Source: an uncultured Trueperaceae bacterium (GTDB taxonomy: Bacteria > Deinococcota > Deinococci > Deinococcales > Trueperaceae). Taken from it: a stretch of 64,000 nucleotides of DNA. The notes under the pieces were generated by a model that was not told where the DNA came from, did no database searches, and was given only the letters and a program-made list of their open reading frames with translations. Made by a program: the position numbers and the translations under genes. Each line of letters opens with the position of its first letter. Position 1 is the stretch's first letter. This document shows, piece after piece, positions 19,372 through 29,400 of the stretch. The stretch is taken from assembly GCA_963727505.1 (NCBI GenBank), contig CAVSGP010000005.1, forward strand, positions 160,001 to 224,000. Reading direction: 5' to 3'.

Positions 19372-20100
19372 GTGACCCTGTGGCCGAAGCGAGGGCGGAC
19401 CCATGTGCCGGGCTGGGGCCTGCTGGGCGGGTGTCTGTTAGGGGCAGTTCTGGCGTTGTCGGGCTGCGGCTCGCGCTCGACGGACACGCAATCGGCGCCG
19501 GCTTCCGCCGGCAGGGTCATGGTGGGCACCCCGGCGCCCCGGAGCGGCCCATCGGACGACGTAGCAGGGGGGACGAGCCAACCGCCACCTTGGCCCTGTA
19601 CGGGCTGGGTACACAGCGGCGCCACTGCCTACGACCGCGCTTCGATGATGGCACGGGTGTTCGGAACGGTGCAGCCCGGTGATCCGGTGGCGGTGGTGGC
19701 GCGCGACGCCCGCGGCTGGCTGGCGTTCTCCCCGGGAACGGCGCAAGCGGCGAACGTGGGCCCCTTCCGGCTGCGTTGGCTGCCGCCCGACGCGCCCGTC
19801 CGGCTCGAGGGCGCCTGCAGCGACTTACCGGTCCGGGTGTCGCCGGCTGCCGGCGTGTGCTTCGAGATGGCGATGGCGGCGACGCCGGTCCGCTCCTCAC
19901 CCGACCCGAGCGCACCCCTGCTGGTCACCCTTCCCGCCGATGGCTACGTTGCGGTGACCGGCCGCGACCCGTCCGGCTGGCTGCGCGTGGACGCCGGAAG
20001 CGGCAGTCGCCCGGGCTCGGGCGCTGGCTGGATTCCGCCGGAGGCGGTGAACGTCAACGGGCCTTGCGACGCCTACCTGGGATCGGGCGCCTCGCCTTGA
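19372..20100 (+). CDS. Putative lipoprotein with two SH3b-like repeats
   Basis: LALSGC lipobox; two repeats of the (V/Y)xxxPxxxA-V/L-G/A-R---GW type with paired Cys; start uncertain. Confidence 0.65.
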   Translation: MTLWPKRGRTHVPGWGLLGGCLLGAVLALSGCGSRSTDTQSAPASAGRVMVGTPAPRSGPSDDVAGGTSQPPPWPCTGWVHSGATAYDRASMMARVFGTVQPGDPVAVVARDARGWLAFSPGTAQAANVGPFRLRWLPPDAPVRLEGACSDLPVRVSPAAGVCFEMAMAATPVRSSPDPSAPLLVTLPADGYVAVTGRDPSGWLRVDAGSGSRPGSGAGWIPPEAVNVNGPCDAYLGSGASP

Positions 20101-20103
20101 GCA

Positions 20104-22644
20104 TCACGACACGTGCGGGGCCCGGCGCGGCGCGAGCACGACGTCGTTGGCGCAGCTCAGCACGGGAGGACCCGAGAGCACCCTAGCGTCGACGTCCAGC
20201 GGAGTGTGCAGGGTGAAGACGTGCGCCTCGCCCGGAAGCAGCGTGATCAGCCCGTCGTCGACCGTGGCATCGGGGTGGAGCCGGTCGGGGAGCACGGTGA
20301 GGTCCCGCAACAGCGACTGGGCCTCGACGCGTAGCTTCACGGCGTCCCCTCGCCTCTCGAGCGTCGTGCGTAGGCGCGCCGGCGGGTAGCGCAGGTCCCG
20401 GTCGCGCGCGAAGAAGTGGAGCGCCCGCAGGTCGTCCGACTCGGCCACGAGCAGCTCCTCGGCCCGGTCCCCGGGCGTGGTCAGCGCGTTCGGGAGCGCA
20501 GCCACCACGGCAGGGCCGCGGGGCGTCGCCACGAGGGGGAGCGTGGCGGCCGCGAGCTCGGTGCCGTCGAAGCGCAGTCGCCGGATCCGTACCTCGCCTC
20601 GCCAGTCGGCGTCACTGTCGTTGTGAAGCACGAGCGTGATGTCTCCATGGCGCGCCTCGAGCGTTAGCAGGCGGGCGGCGAAGACGCGCCGCAACGCGAA
20701 CCACAACGGTTTGAGGCGCCCGTCGACGTCGACCGCCGCCCAGCTCGTCGACGGCCAGCAGTCGTTGAGCTGCCACACCAGCGTCCCCATGCACAGCGGG
20801 GCCAGCGAGCGGAAGTGGCGGATGCCGACATCGAGCGCCCGCGCCTGGTTGAGCTGGGTGGCGAAGTGCCAGGTATCGAAGGCGCGGGGCACCGGGAAGT
20901 GCTCGGCGAGGCGGGCCTCGAGCTTGTCGTTGCCGCCGACCGCCTTCTGGTGGTGGAGCATGCCGGGCCCATCGGGCGTGAGGGGCCGGTCGGAGATCGC
21001 CCGGCGGATGGTGGCGTAGGTCGGCGGCGCCTGGTGGCCGAACTCGGCGACGAAGCGCGGCCGGTACGTCCGGTAGACGGTGTAGTCCTTCTCGTTCCAG
21101 GCGTCCCAGATGTGTCTGCATCCTGCGCCGTCGGCGTTCGGTGGCAGGTCCTCGCGGCCGGACCAGGGGCTCCCCGGCCAGTAGGGGCGGGTGGGGTCGA
21201 GCTCGGCCAGCAGGCGCGGGAGCATGTCGAGGTAGAAGCCCCGGCCCCAGCTGCGCCCGCCCAGCGCCGCCTCCCAGCCCCAGTCCTCATGCCCCCACAG
21301 GTTCTCGTTGTTGCCGTTCCAGAGCACCAGGCTGGGATGCGATGCGAGCCGCAGGACGTTGGCGCGGGCCTCGGCGGCCACCTCCGAGGCGAAGGGTTCC
21401 TCCTCCGGATAGGCCGCGCAGGCGAAGGCGAAGTCCTGCCAGACCATCAGGCCGAGCTCATCGCAGATCTCGTAGAAGGTGTCGCTCTCGTAGAGGCCGC
21501 CCCCCCAGACCCGCACCATGTTCATGTTCGCGTCGGCCGCCTGTTGCAGCCGGGTCCGCAGGCGCTCGACCCCGATGCGTTCAGGGAAGGGGTCGTCGGG
21601 GATCCAGTTGGCGCCCTTGGCGAAGACCTCACGCTCGTTCACGACCAGCGTGAACGCCGCGCCGGCCTCGTCCGGTCGGGTGTCGAGGGTGACGCTTCGG
21701 AAGCCGATTCGCAGGGCCCGCTCCTCGAGCGCGGAACCGTCCTGGCCCTCCAGGGTCAGCTCGAGGTCGTACAGGGACGGGTCGCCGTAGCCGCGGGGCC
21801 ACCAGCGCCGTACCGACGGGGCGTCGAGTCGGAGGGTGGCGTCGGTCTCGTCGGCGCCGACGCTCACGCTGGCGCGGGCGTCGCCCGCCTCGCTGTCGGG
21901 CCGGGCGAGGCGCACGGACAGCAGGAGAGGTCGTGGTTCTCCGGACCGCTCGAGCTCCACGCGCAGCTCGACGTTGCCGGCGACGGGTGCAGCGGGGTCG
22001 CCGGGCGGAGCGTCGTCCCCCGCGCCGACGCGCACGAGCGTGCCGAGCTCGCGGATCCGGGCGCGCGACCAGCCCTCGAGCCGGACGGGCTTCCAGATCC
22101 CTGCCGTCACCAGCGTCGGGCCCCAGTCCCAGCCGAAGTTGCACGCCATCTTCCGGATGAAGTTGAACGGAAGGGGATAGGCCCGCGGGCGCTCGCCCAG
22201 GCGCTCGGCCTGGGCGCGGGCGTAGGCAAGCGCCGAGGTGAAGGTCACCACGACCTCGTTGGAGCCCGGGTGCAGCACGGCCTTGGCGTCGAAGCGGTGG
22301 GGCCGGTGCATGTTCTCGGCCCGCCCCACGACCCGACCGTTGACCTCCACCGTCGCGACGGTGTCGAGCCCATCGAAGTGGAGGTCCACGCGGTCGTGCG
22401 CCAGGAGCTCCGGCGGCGCCGTGAAGCGGCAGCGGTAGCGCCAGTCGCAGGTGCCGATCCACTGCACGAGGTCCTCGTTGCGCTCGATCAGGGGATCCGC
22501 GATGATCCCCTGCATCAGGAGATCGGTGTGGACGCAGCCCGGAACGGCGGCCGGCAGCGTACGGCCCATCAGGCCGGCCGGGGCGGCATCGCAGGCGCGC
22601 GCCAACTCCAGCGTCCAGCCGGAGGAGAGGGTCAGGTTCGTCAC
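20104..22644 (-). CDS. GH2 beta-mannosidase
   Basis: VPGCVHTDL, FDGLDT, RKMACNFGWDWGP, KGANWIP, RVWGGG, WNGNNE, AEFG, WQLNDCWP. Confidence 0.92.
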   Translation of the reverse strand: MTNLTLSSGWTLELARACDAAPAGLMGRTLPAAVPGCVHTDLLMQGIIADPLIERNEDLVQWIGTCDWRYRCRFTAPPELLAHDRVDLHFDGLDTVATVEVNGRVVGRAENMHRPHRFDAKAVLHPGSNEVVVTFTSALAYARAQAERLGERPRAYPLPFNFIRKMACNFGWDWGPTLVTAGIWKPVRLEGWSRARIRELGTLVRVGAGDDAPPGDPAAPVAGNVELRVELERSGEPRPLLLSVRLARPDSEAGDARASVSVGADETDATLRLDAPSVRRWWPRGYGDPSLYDLELTLEGQDGSALEERALRIGFRSVTLDTRPDEAGAAFTLVVNEREVFAKGANWIPDDPFPERIGVERLRTRLQQAADANMNMVRVWGGGLYESDTFYEICDELGLMVWQDFAFACAAYPEEEPFASEVAAEARANVLRLASHPSLVLWNGNNENLWGHEDWGWEAALGGRSWGRGFYLDMLPRLLAELDPTRPYWPGSPWSGREDLPPNADGAGCRHIWDAWNEKDYTVYRTYRPRFVAEFGHQAPPTYATIRRAISDRPLTPDGPGMLHHQKAVGGNDKLEARLAEHFPVPRAFDTWHFATQLNQARALDVGIRHFRSLAPLCMGTLVWQLNDCWPSTSWAAVDVDGRLKPLWFALRRVFAARLLTLEARHGDITLVLHNDSDADWRGEVRIRRLRFDGTELAAATLPLVATPRGPAVVAALPNALTTPGDRAEELLVAESDDLRALHFFARDRDLRYPPARLRTTLERRGDAVKLRVEAQSLLRDLTVLPDRLHPDATVDDGLITLLPGEAHVFTLHTPLDVDARVLSGPPVLSCANDVVLAPRRAPHVS

Positions 22645-22829
22645 GTGACAGCCCCCTTCGCCGCAGCCGGGGCTCAGGCGGCGGCTGCCGCCAGCATCCC
22701 CCTCGGCTGCTGTCGCGTCAACGGACGTTTGGCCGGAGGAGGTGGGACCGAAGGCCGCCGGCAGCGACGTCCATGCCCACACGGGGGTCGCTGAGGCGCG
22801 GGTCCGATCGCGCGTGGACCGGCGTGGCA

Positions 22830-22882
22830 TTTCTCAGGCAGAAAGGGTCTGTCTTGAAGAGAAATGATTGGAAGCGTAGAAT
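22830..22882 (+). promoter_or_regulatory. IclR promoter TTGAAG-N17-TAGAAT (leaderless, ATG 5 nt downstream) plus dyad TTTCT-N5-AGAAA
   Basis: -35 at 22854-22859, -10 at 22877-22882, ATG at 22888; dyad at 22830-22844. Confidence 0.6.
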
Positions 22883-22887
22883 GGCGC

Positions 22888-23817
22888 ATGAGCGCAGTCC
22901 CAGACAGCGAAACCGGCGGGGGGAACGCCTCCGAGCACGAACCTCAGGCCGCGCCCCGCTCGGTCGAGGTCGCGGGCGCTTCCGGCCGCTACCGCATCCG
23001 GGCGCTCGACCGCGCGCTCGGCATCCTGGCGCTGGTCGGGCGACGACCGGACCTCGGGCTGCAGGCCCTCGCCGAGCGCTCCGGGACCAGCGTCAGCCAG
23101 GTGCTGAAGATCCTGGCCACGCTGGAGGGCCACGGGCTGGTCGCGAAGAGCGCCGACAAGACCTACCGTCTGGGGTACGGCGCGATGCGCCTGGGCCACC
23201 TGGCCGCGCGCCTGCAACCCGTGGTCGGTGTGGCGGCGATGGTGCTCGACGAGCTTCGCGAGGAGACCGGCGAGAGCATCCACCTGGTGGTGCGTGACGG
23301 GCTCGACGCGGTGATCGCCGACGTGCGCGAGTCGTCCAAGACGGTGCGCGTCGTGTCGCCGGTAGGGGAGCGCACCAGGCTGAACGCCGGGAGCGCCGGC
23401 AAGCTCTTCCTCGCCTACGGATCGCGCGATCTGATGGCCTGGCTGGTCCGCGAGCCCATGCCCGCCTATACCGAGCTCAGCGAGACCGATCCGGAGCTGC
23501 TGCGCATCGACGTCGACCGAGCCCGCCGTCAGGGCGTGTGCGTGGCCATCGGAGACTTCGAGGACGGGGCGTTCTCGGTGGCGGCACCGGTGTTCGAAGA
23601 GCCCGGGCGGATGGTCGCCGCCATCGCCCTGGCGGGGCCCCTCAGTCGCTTCGACAGCGGCATCGAGCGGCGCTATCGCAACGCCGTCAAGCGCGCGGCC
23701 TCCACGGTCGGCGCGCGGCTGCAGACGCCGGTCGACCGAGGAGGCCGCCGGCGACGAGCGGCACGCGGTCGACGGCGAAGGAAGCGGGTGAGCGCCGCGC
23801 GCGACCACGCCGGTTGA
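22888..23817 (+). CDS. IclR-family transcriptional regulator
   Basis: IRALDRALGIL HTH, YRLG, TGESIHL, SAGKLFLA, FSVAAPV. Confidence 0.9.
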   Translation: MSAVPDSETGGGNASEHEPQAAPRSVEVAGASGRYRIRALDRALGILALVGRRPDLGLQALAERSGTSVSQVLKILATLEGHGLVAKSADKTYRLGYGAMRLGHLAARLQPVVGVAAMVLDELREETGESIHLVVRDGLDAVIADVRESSKTVRVVSPVGERTRLNAGSAGKLFLAYGSRDLMAWLVREPMPAYTELSETDPELLRIDVDRARRQGVCVAIGDFEDGAFSVAAPVFEEPGRMVAAIALAGPLSRFDSGIERRYRNAVKRAASTVGARLQTPVDRGGRRRRAARGRRRRKRVSAARDHAG

Positions 23818-23857
23818 GACCACGCCGGTTGAGACAATGCCGGGTGAGACAATGCCG
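23803..23857. repeat. 15-nt tandem repeat GAC(C/A)A(C/T)GCCGG(T/G)TGA x3.7 at the IclR stop
   Basis: Directly visible; each full unit ends in an in-frame TGA. Confidence 0.95.
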
Positions 23858-23906
23858 CGCCGGCGGACGGGTCGCTCCGCCCGCCGGCGCGGTCCGGCTC
23901 GTCCGC

Positions 23907-24587
23907 TCAGCGCAGGCTGGCCGGCAGGAACACCATGTCCATCGGGATGAGCGCACCGTTGTTGAGCACCGTCGACTGCCCGACGAGATAGGGCATCCAG
24001 GCAAGCCGCGTTGCGGTCGGTCCGACGCGCACCTCGACGCGACCCGCGCTCGTGGAGAAGCGCCCGAAGGTGAGCAGCAACTGCGTGCCGGCGAGCGTCG
24101 TAAGCGTCAACCGGCCGGTCGCCGGCACCGAACGGGCCTTCAGGTCTGCGCTCGTGTAGCGGCCCTTCACCATCATGGAGTGGAGCATCTCTGTGAGTTT
24201 GTCGGGTTCCGCCATGAGCTTGCGGAACGCCGACGGTCCCATCAGCGTGGCCAGCTCCGCGAAGCCTTCGTCGGTCGGGGCGAAGAGCGTCACCGGGCCT
24301 GCCTCACGAAGAGTCTTGTCGATCCCGGTCGTTTGCAGGGCCGCCTTCAGGCAGCTGAAGCTCTCGCTGCCCTTGGCGTTGCCTCGGTAGCACGTCGGGT
24401 TCAGCTTACGCGCCGAATGATCGACGATGAACTGCCACACGCTACCGGACTGTGTGCTGAAGCTAGATGGAACGATGCTGCTGGCCGCCAGGGCCGCGCC
24501 GCCGCCCAGGAACGCGAGCGCGACGACGAGGGCCGCCAGGCCGCGGCGCCGTTGTGGGGTGCGGGAGGAGTGGGGTGCATGGCTCAT
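23907..24587 (-). CDS. Secreted fasciclin (FAS1) domain protein
   Basis: Signal peptide; TLFAPTDEGF (H1) and NGALIPMDMVFLP (H2) motifs. Confidence 0.8.
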   Translation of the reverse strand: MSHAPHSSRTPQRRRGLAALVVALAFLGGGAALAASSIVPSSFSTQSGSVWQFIVDHSARKLNPTCYRGNAKGSESFSCLKAALQTTGIDKTLREAGPVTLFAPTDEGFAELATLMGPSAFRKLMAEPDKLTEMLHSMMVKGRYTSADLKARSVPATGRLTLTTLAGTQLLLTFGRFSTSAGRVEVRVGPTATRLAWMPYLVGQSTVLNNGALIPMDMVFLPASLR

Positions 24588-24819
24588 GGGGGTCAACCTC
24601 TCCTGCGATGAAGGGCTCGCCTGGATGAAGGGTCGCCCGGGGACGGGCGCCGGAGCGTTGGGTAGGAGCGAGCGAGGGTCCGGCGGGGAGCCCCGGACGG
24701 GGCGAAAGCGGGACGGGCCCCACGCAGTTCTCTTGTCCAGACTCTACGAACGGCAGATGAGTCCAGCCTAAACCCTCCCTGGCGGGGCCTTCACGCTGCG
24801 GCGGTGGGGATGGGCAGGC

Positions 24820-24889
24820 GCGCACGAACAGGTGCGTACGAACGGGCGCGTACGAACGGGTGCGCACGAAGACGCGGGCACGAACAGGG
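24820..24889. repeat. Intergenic 14-nt degenerate tandem repeat (GCG(C/T)ACGAAC(A/G)GG(T/C)) x5
   Basis: Directly visible. Confidence 0.9.
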
Positions 24890-24896
24890 GTGCGCG

Positions 24897-24926
24897 GAAA
24901 GGCCCGTGGCTGGAGGCCACGGGCCT
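24897..24926 (-). terminator. Intrinsic terminator-like hairpin for a minus-strand transcript
   Basis: AGGCCCGTGGC-CTCCA-GCCACGGGCCT, with TTT at the 3' base of the stem on the minus strand. Confidence 0.5.
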
Positions 24927-25296
24927 GGAGAGGGGGGGCGGCCTCGACGGCGCGCCAGGGAAGGCGCCGGAGTCCCGGGGGGGGTTGGACGCCCGGGCGG
25001 GTCACCGCTCGGAGGAGCGCGCCGGGAATCGGCGCGGGCGCCGCGGAGGTCCGCGGCAGCGTGGGCGGCGTTCGCACGACCGGAGGCCGCGACCCCGGCA
25101 GGATAGGGCCGCGTCATGAGAGGTGCTCGTCGATCGGGATGAGAAGGTCCCGTGTGCCGCAACGAACCTGGTGGAATGAGCCGGGCAAGGGGAGGATTCC
25201 TCTCCGCGGCCGCAGGCGACCTGCTACCGTTAGAGTGCGGAAACGGCTCGTAGCGCGCCACCTTCGTGGCGCCGTTCGAGGGATGCGGGAGGTCCC

Positions 25297-26496
25297 ATGC
25301 GCCTGCTCCATCTCGCCGACCTTCACCTTGGCTGGCGGCCGTCCGGTTGGCCCGAAGAGCGGGCCGCCGAGCGCCGTCGGCGCAGGGATGGCGTGCTGGA
25401 GCGAGCCGTCGATGTGGCCCTGGCCGAGGGCGTGCACCTGGCGATCGTGGCAGGGGACCTTTTCGACACCTTCGATCCCGACGAGGCCTGCGTCGAGTCC
25501 GCCCTCGCCCAGCTACGCCGGCTCGAGGACGGGGGCGTGCTGCCGGTCACCGTGCCCGGCAACCACGACGAGATCACCTACGGCGCCAGCGTCTACCGGC
25601 GCCACCGCGAGCGCTGGCCCGGTCTTCTCGTCACCGAACCCTGGCCCGCCCATGTGGCGACGCTGGAGCTTGACGGCGAGACCGTCCACCTCTACGGGAT
25701 GGCGTACACCGGCGGGGTGACCGCGACCGACCTGCCGGTGCGCGATTTCCCGCGGCTGGAGCAACCGGGCGTGCACATCGCCGCCTTCCACGGGACGCTC
25801 GGCGCCGCCGGCGGAACCCGCAACCTCGTGCTCGACGAGGAGGGGCTCGCAGCCGCTCGCTACCACTACGTTGCCATGGGCTCGCTCCACCACCCCCTTC
25901 AGCACCGTTTCCCGGCGGGGCCCGCCGTCTACCCCGGGTCGCCCGAGGCCATGGGCTTCGGCGACGGCGGTTGCGGCACCCTGACACTGGCCGAATGGAC
26001 GGGCGAGGGCATGGAGGTGCAGGGCGTGGCCGTGCCGGTGCAGCCGGTCGTCGACGCCCGCCTGGATCTGACCCCGGTCGACGACATCGCCGACGTGGAC
26101 GCATTCATCGCCGAGCGGGCGGACTCCGATGCGATCCAGCGCGTGCGCCTCGTGGGCGCGCTGTGGCTGCCCGATCTCGACGCCTCCGCGCTGGAGGAGC
26201 GGCACGGCGAGGCGTTCTTCCATCTCGAGGTGCGCGACGAGATCGCCGGTCTGGCGCCGGAGTTGCTGCAGCGTTGGGGCCAGGAGGCCAGCGTGCGAGG
26301 CGCCTTCGTGGCCCGTATGCTCGAGCGCATGGAAGGCGACAGCGAGGCCGGGCGCGAGCGCCTGGCGCGCAGCCTGCGCTGGGGCATCGCGGCCCTGAGC
26401 GACGGGCCGCCGCCGGGTGGCGAGCGCCACGCGGTCGTTCCCGCGCGAGGGCGTTCCGGTGGGCCCGGCGCGAATGGCGCGGGGGGCGCGGCGTGA
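25297..26496 (+). CDS. SbcD/Mre11-like (YhaO-type) metallophosphoesterase DNA exonuclease
   Basis: ADLHLG, GDLFD, PGNHD, FHG, GSLH, YPGSPE motifs; GGGAGG RBS. Confidence 0.88.
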   Translation: MRLLHLADLHLGWRPSGWPEERAAERRRRRDGVLERAVDVALAEGVHLAIVAGDLFDTFDPDEACVESALAQLRRLEDGGVLPVTVPGNHDEITYGASVYRRHRERWPGLLVTEPWPAHVATLELDGETVHLYGMAYTGGVTATDLPVRDFPRLEQPGVHIAAFHGTLGAAGGTRNLVLDEEGLAAARYHYVAMGSLHHPLQHRFPAGPAVYPGSPEAMGFGDGGCGTLTLAEWTGEGMEVQGVAVPVQPVVDARLDLTPVDDIADVDAFIAERADSDAIQRVRLVGALWLPDLDASALEERHGEAFFHLEVRDEIAGLAPELLQRWGQEASVRGAFVARMLERMEGDSEAGRERLARSLRWGIAALSDGPPPGGERHAVVPARGRSGGPGANGAGGAA

Positions 26497-29400
26497 GCCG
26501 ACGCGGTCGGTCGCGGGCGCGCTCCGGCGGTGCCGGCTCGGCACGTGCCGGCCCGCATCCGGTCGGGGTGCTGTGGGAGCGGCTCGAGCTCCCCGCCACG
26601 GACACCCTCGAAGCGCGGACGCTGCGCTTCCCCGAAGGCCTAGGCACGCTCGTGCGCCCCAACGAGTGGGGCAAGTCGAGGGCGGTGCGGGGCCTGACCG
26701 ACGTCCTGTTCGGGCCCCGTGAGGTGGCTGGGGCCACGGATCGGGCGAGCGCCACCGGGCGCCTGGTGTTCGTGGGCATCGACGGCGTCCGCTACCGCTT
26801 GGAACGCGACCTGACGAGCGGGGCCGCAGTGCTGCTGCGCGAGGCGAGCGAGCCGGAACCTGGATCGGACGGCGGCCCCGAGCCGTCAGCAGACGCGGGG
26901 GTCGGGGAGACGGTCGCCTGGGAACCGATCGAGGCTGCCGGAGAGACGGGCCTCGGCGAGGTGCTGGCGCGCGTGGTCGGCCTCGCCGAGCGCGACGCCT
27001 TCGTGCAGAGCTTCTGCGTCAACCAGCCGCTACCGCGTCCCGAGCGGCTCAGTGCCGAGGTGCAGCGCCTGCTGGTGGGTTCGGGTCGGGGCGGCGTCGA
27101 ACGAGCCCTCGGCCGGTTGGAGGAGGAGATCGCGGCGCGGACCCGCAACGGCCATGCCTGGGGGCTTCCCGACGGCGGGGATGACGGCGAGCTGGAGCGC
27201 TGCGATGCCCGCCTCGCCGAGATCGAACGGAGCCTGGAGGTCGGGCGCGAGGCGGCCGACGGTGCCCAGGGGACGGCGCGGGCGCTGGCGGACGCCGAGG
27301 CGCGACGTAGCCAGCACCAGGACGAGGCTGCCCGCCTGGAGCGCGAAGCCGAGGGCTTGCGGGGCTACCTGGCGCGGCGCCGCGCCTTCGACGAGCGGCT
27401 CGAGGCGCACCGGGCCGCGGCCCAGACGCTCGCACGGGCGGAGGCCCTACAGGCCGAGGCCGCGCATGCACACGCGCACGTGGGTGCGGTATGGCCGGAC
27501 CTGGCCGACGCGCCGGAGGACGGCGAGGCGCGGCTGGCGGCGCTGATGGCTGCCGAGCGGGCCCTTGTCGAGGCCCGTGTTGCGCTCCAGACCGCGGAGC
27601 ACACGCGCGAAACGGCGCAGCGCACGGTGTCGGAACGCTCCCGCGAGCTCGAACGCCACGTCACGCGCGCTCCCTTCCAGGACGACGACGAGGGGCTCAC
27701 GGTTGAGGCCGTGCGTGAGCTACGGGCGGGTGCCGAGCAGGCGGTGACCGACTGGCGGGCGTTCCTGCGGCGCGACGAGGGCGTCTCGGGTGCGCGCTCC
27801 GCGCTTCGTGCCTACGCCATGCTGGCGCTTGCGCCCGAGCAGGACCGGGCGTTGCTGCGACGCTACGACTACGAGGCGGAGGCGCGCGTCCGCTCCGTCG
27901 AGGGACTGGAGGCCGGCGTGCGGGAGGCGCGGGCGGAGCGCCGCCGCCTGCTGGTGCCCGATCCTGAACTTCCCAACGAGCTCGAGGCCGACGCTCTGCG
28001 CGCCGCACTGGCGGCACCCTCCCGGCGCACCCGAGCGATCGCGGCACAGGTGAGCGCCGGCCTGATGCTGGGTGTGGCCGTGTTCTGGGTCGCGCGGCAG
28101 GGGCTCGGCGGAGGCGTCTCGGCAGGCCTCGGCTTGCTGGTCGCGATCCTCATCGGGGCGCTGCTGCGGTCCCCGTCGCTCGCCGGCCCGCAAGCGCGGC
28201 GCTTCCGGGGCCGCAACCGGGTCGAGCTCGAGCGGCTGATGGCGCGCTACGACGCCTGGCAGAGGCAGCCGGTGCCGACGCGGCGCGACGTGCTGCAGCT
28301 GGAGAACGAGATGGAGGCGGCAAGGGAGCAGCTTCGCGCCTTCCAGCGGCGCATGCAGCCGTACCAGGAGGCATACCCCGAACCGGGATCGGCCTTCGAC
28401 GCGTTCCGCGATGCCCAGCGGACGCTGCTCCAGCGGGAGGAGGTCCACAGCGAGCTGAGCATCCGCACCTTCGGGGTGGCGCCCGAGGCCGTGAAGGGAC
28501 GCTCGCCGCTCGATATGCCCGCGCCCTGGCCGCGCCTGGCGGCGTTCGCTGAGGCGCGTGGCGGGCGCGCACAGAGCGTGGCCGAGCTGTGCGCCTTCCT
28601 GGAGGGAGCCGGCGGAGCGTCCTGGGACGACGTCCTCCAGGCGGCCCAGGGGCGCGACGAGGCGCGGCGCGCCTTCCGCGCCGATCGCGAACGGTTGCGG
28701 CGCGAAGTGGCGGTGGCGGAGACGGTGCTGGAGGAGCGGGAGGCCACCGCGACGCGGTTGCGGGTCGAGCTGCAGGCGGCGGAGGCCACCCGCGAGGAAC
28801 ACGTGGGACCGCTCCAGGACCTGCTGGATGGGAGTGGCGGCGACGCCGACGAGCTGCTCCGGCGCTGGCGGGAGCGCGACCAGGCGATCCAGGAAGCCGA
28901 GCGTTCCTCCGATGCCCTCGCGTCCGTGCTCGACGCGGCCGACTGCGAGTCGGTCGAAGCCCTGCGCGAGCGGGTGGCCGGCCGGGAGGCTGAGGCCGAG
29001 GAGGAGCGGCAGGCGATCGACGTGTTGGTGGCCGACGGCTCCGAATTGCCGCCGGCGGACGATCCGATCGACCGGCCGCGCCTGCTCGACCGGCTGGAGG
29101 CACTGGAGGACCGGGTGGGCTTCGAGCGCTCCGCCCGGCAGGCCGCGGAGGCCGAGGTGTACGAACGCACCCGCGAGCTGGCGGCGCTGCAGGCCAAGCC
29201 CGTGGTGAACCTGGTGAAGGCCGAGGAGGAGCGCTTGGCGCTGCTCGCCGCACGCCGCGAGCTGATGGGGGAGATCGAGGCCCTCGCCACCGCGCATACG
29301 GAGCTGCGGGCATCGGTCCGCGACTTCCAGGGCAGTTACCGGGAGCGCCTGGAGAACCTGGCGTCACGGCACCTGGCGGCGGTCACGGAGCGGGAGGGTC

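Noticed and set aside
24820..24889. Repeated CGAAC as SOS boxes for the sbcD-like gene
   Set aside because: These are direct repeats with a 14-nt period, matching neither GAAC-N4-GTTC nor GAAC-N7-GAAC, and they lie about 400 bp from the gene.
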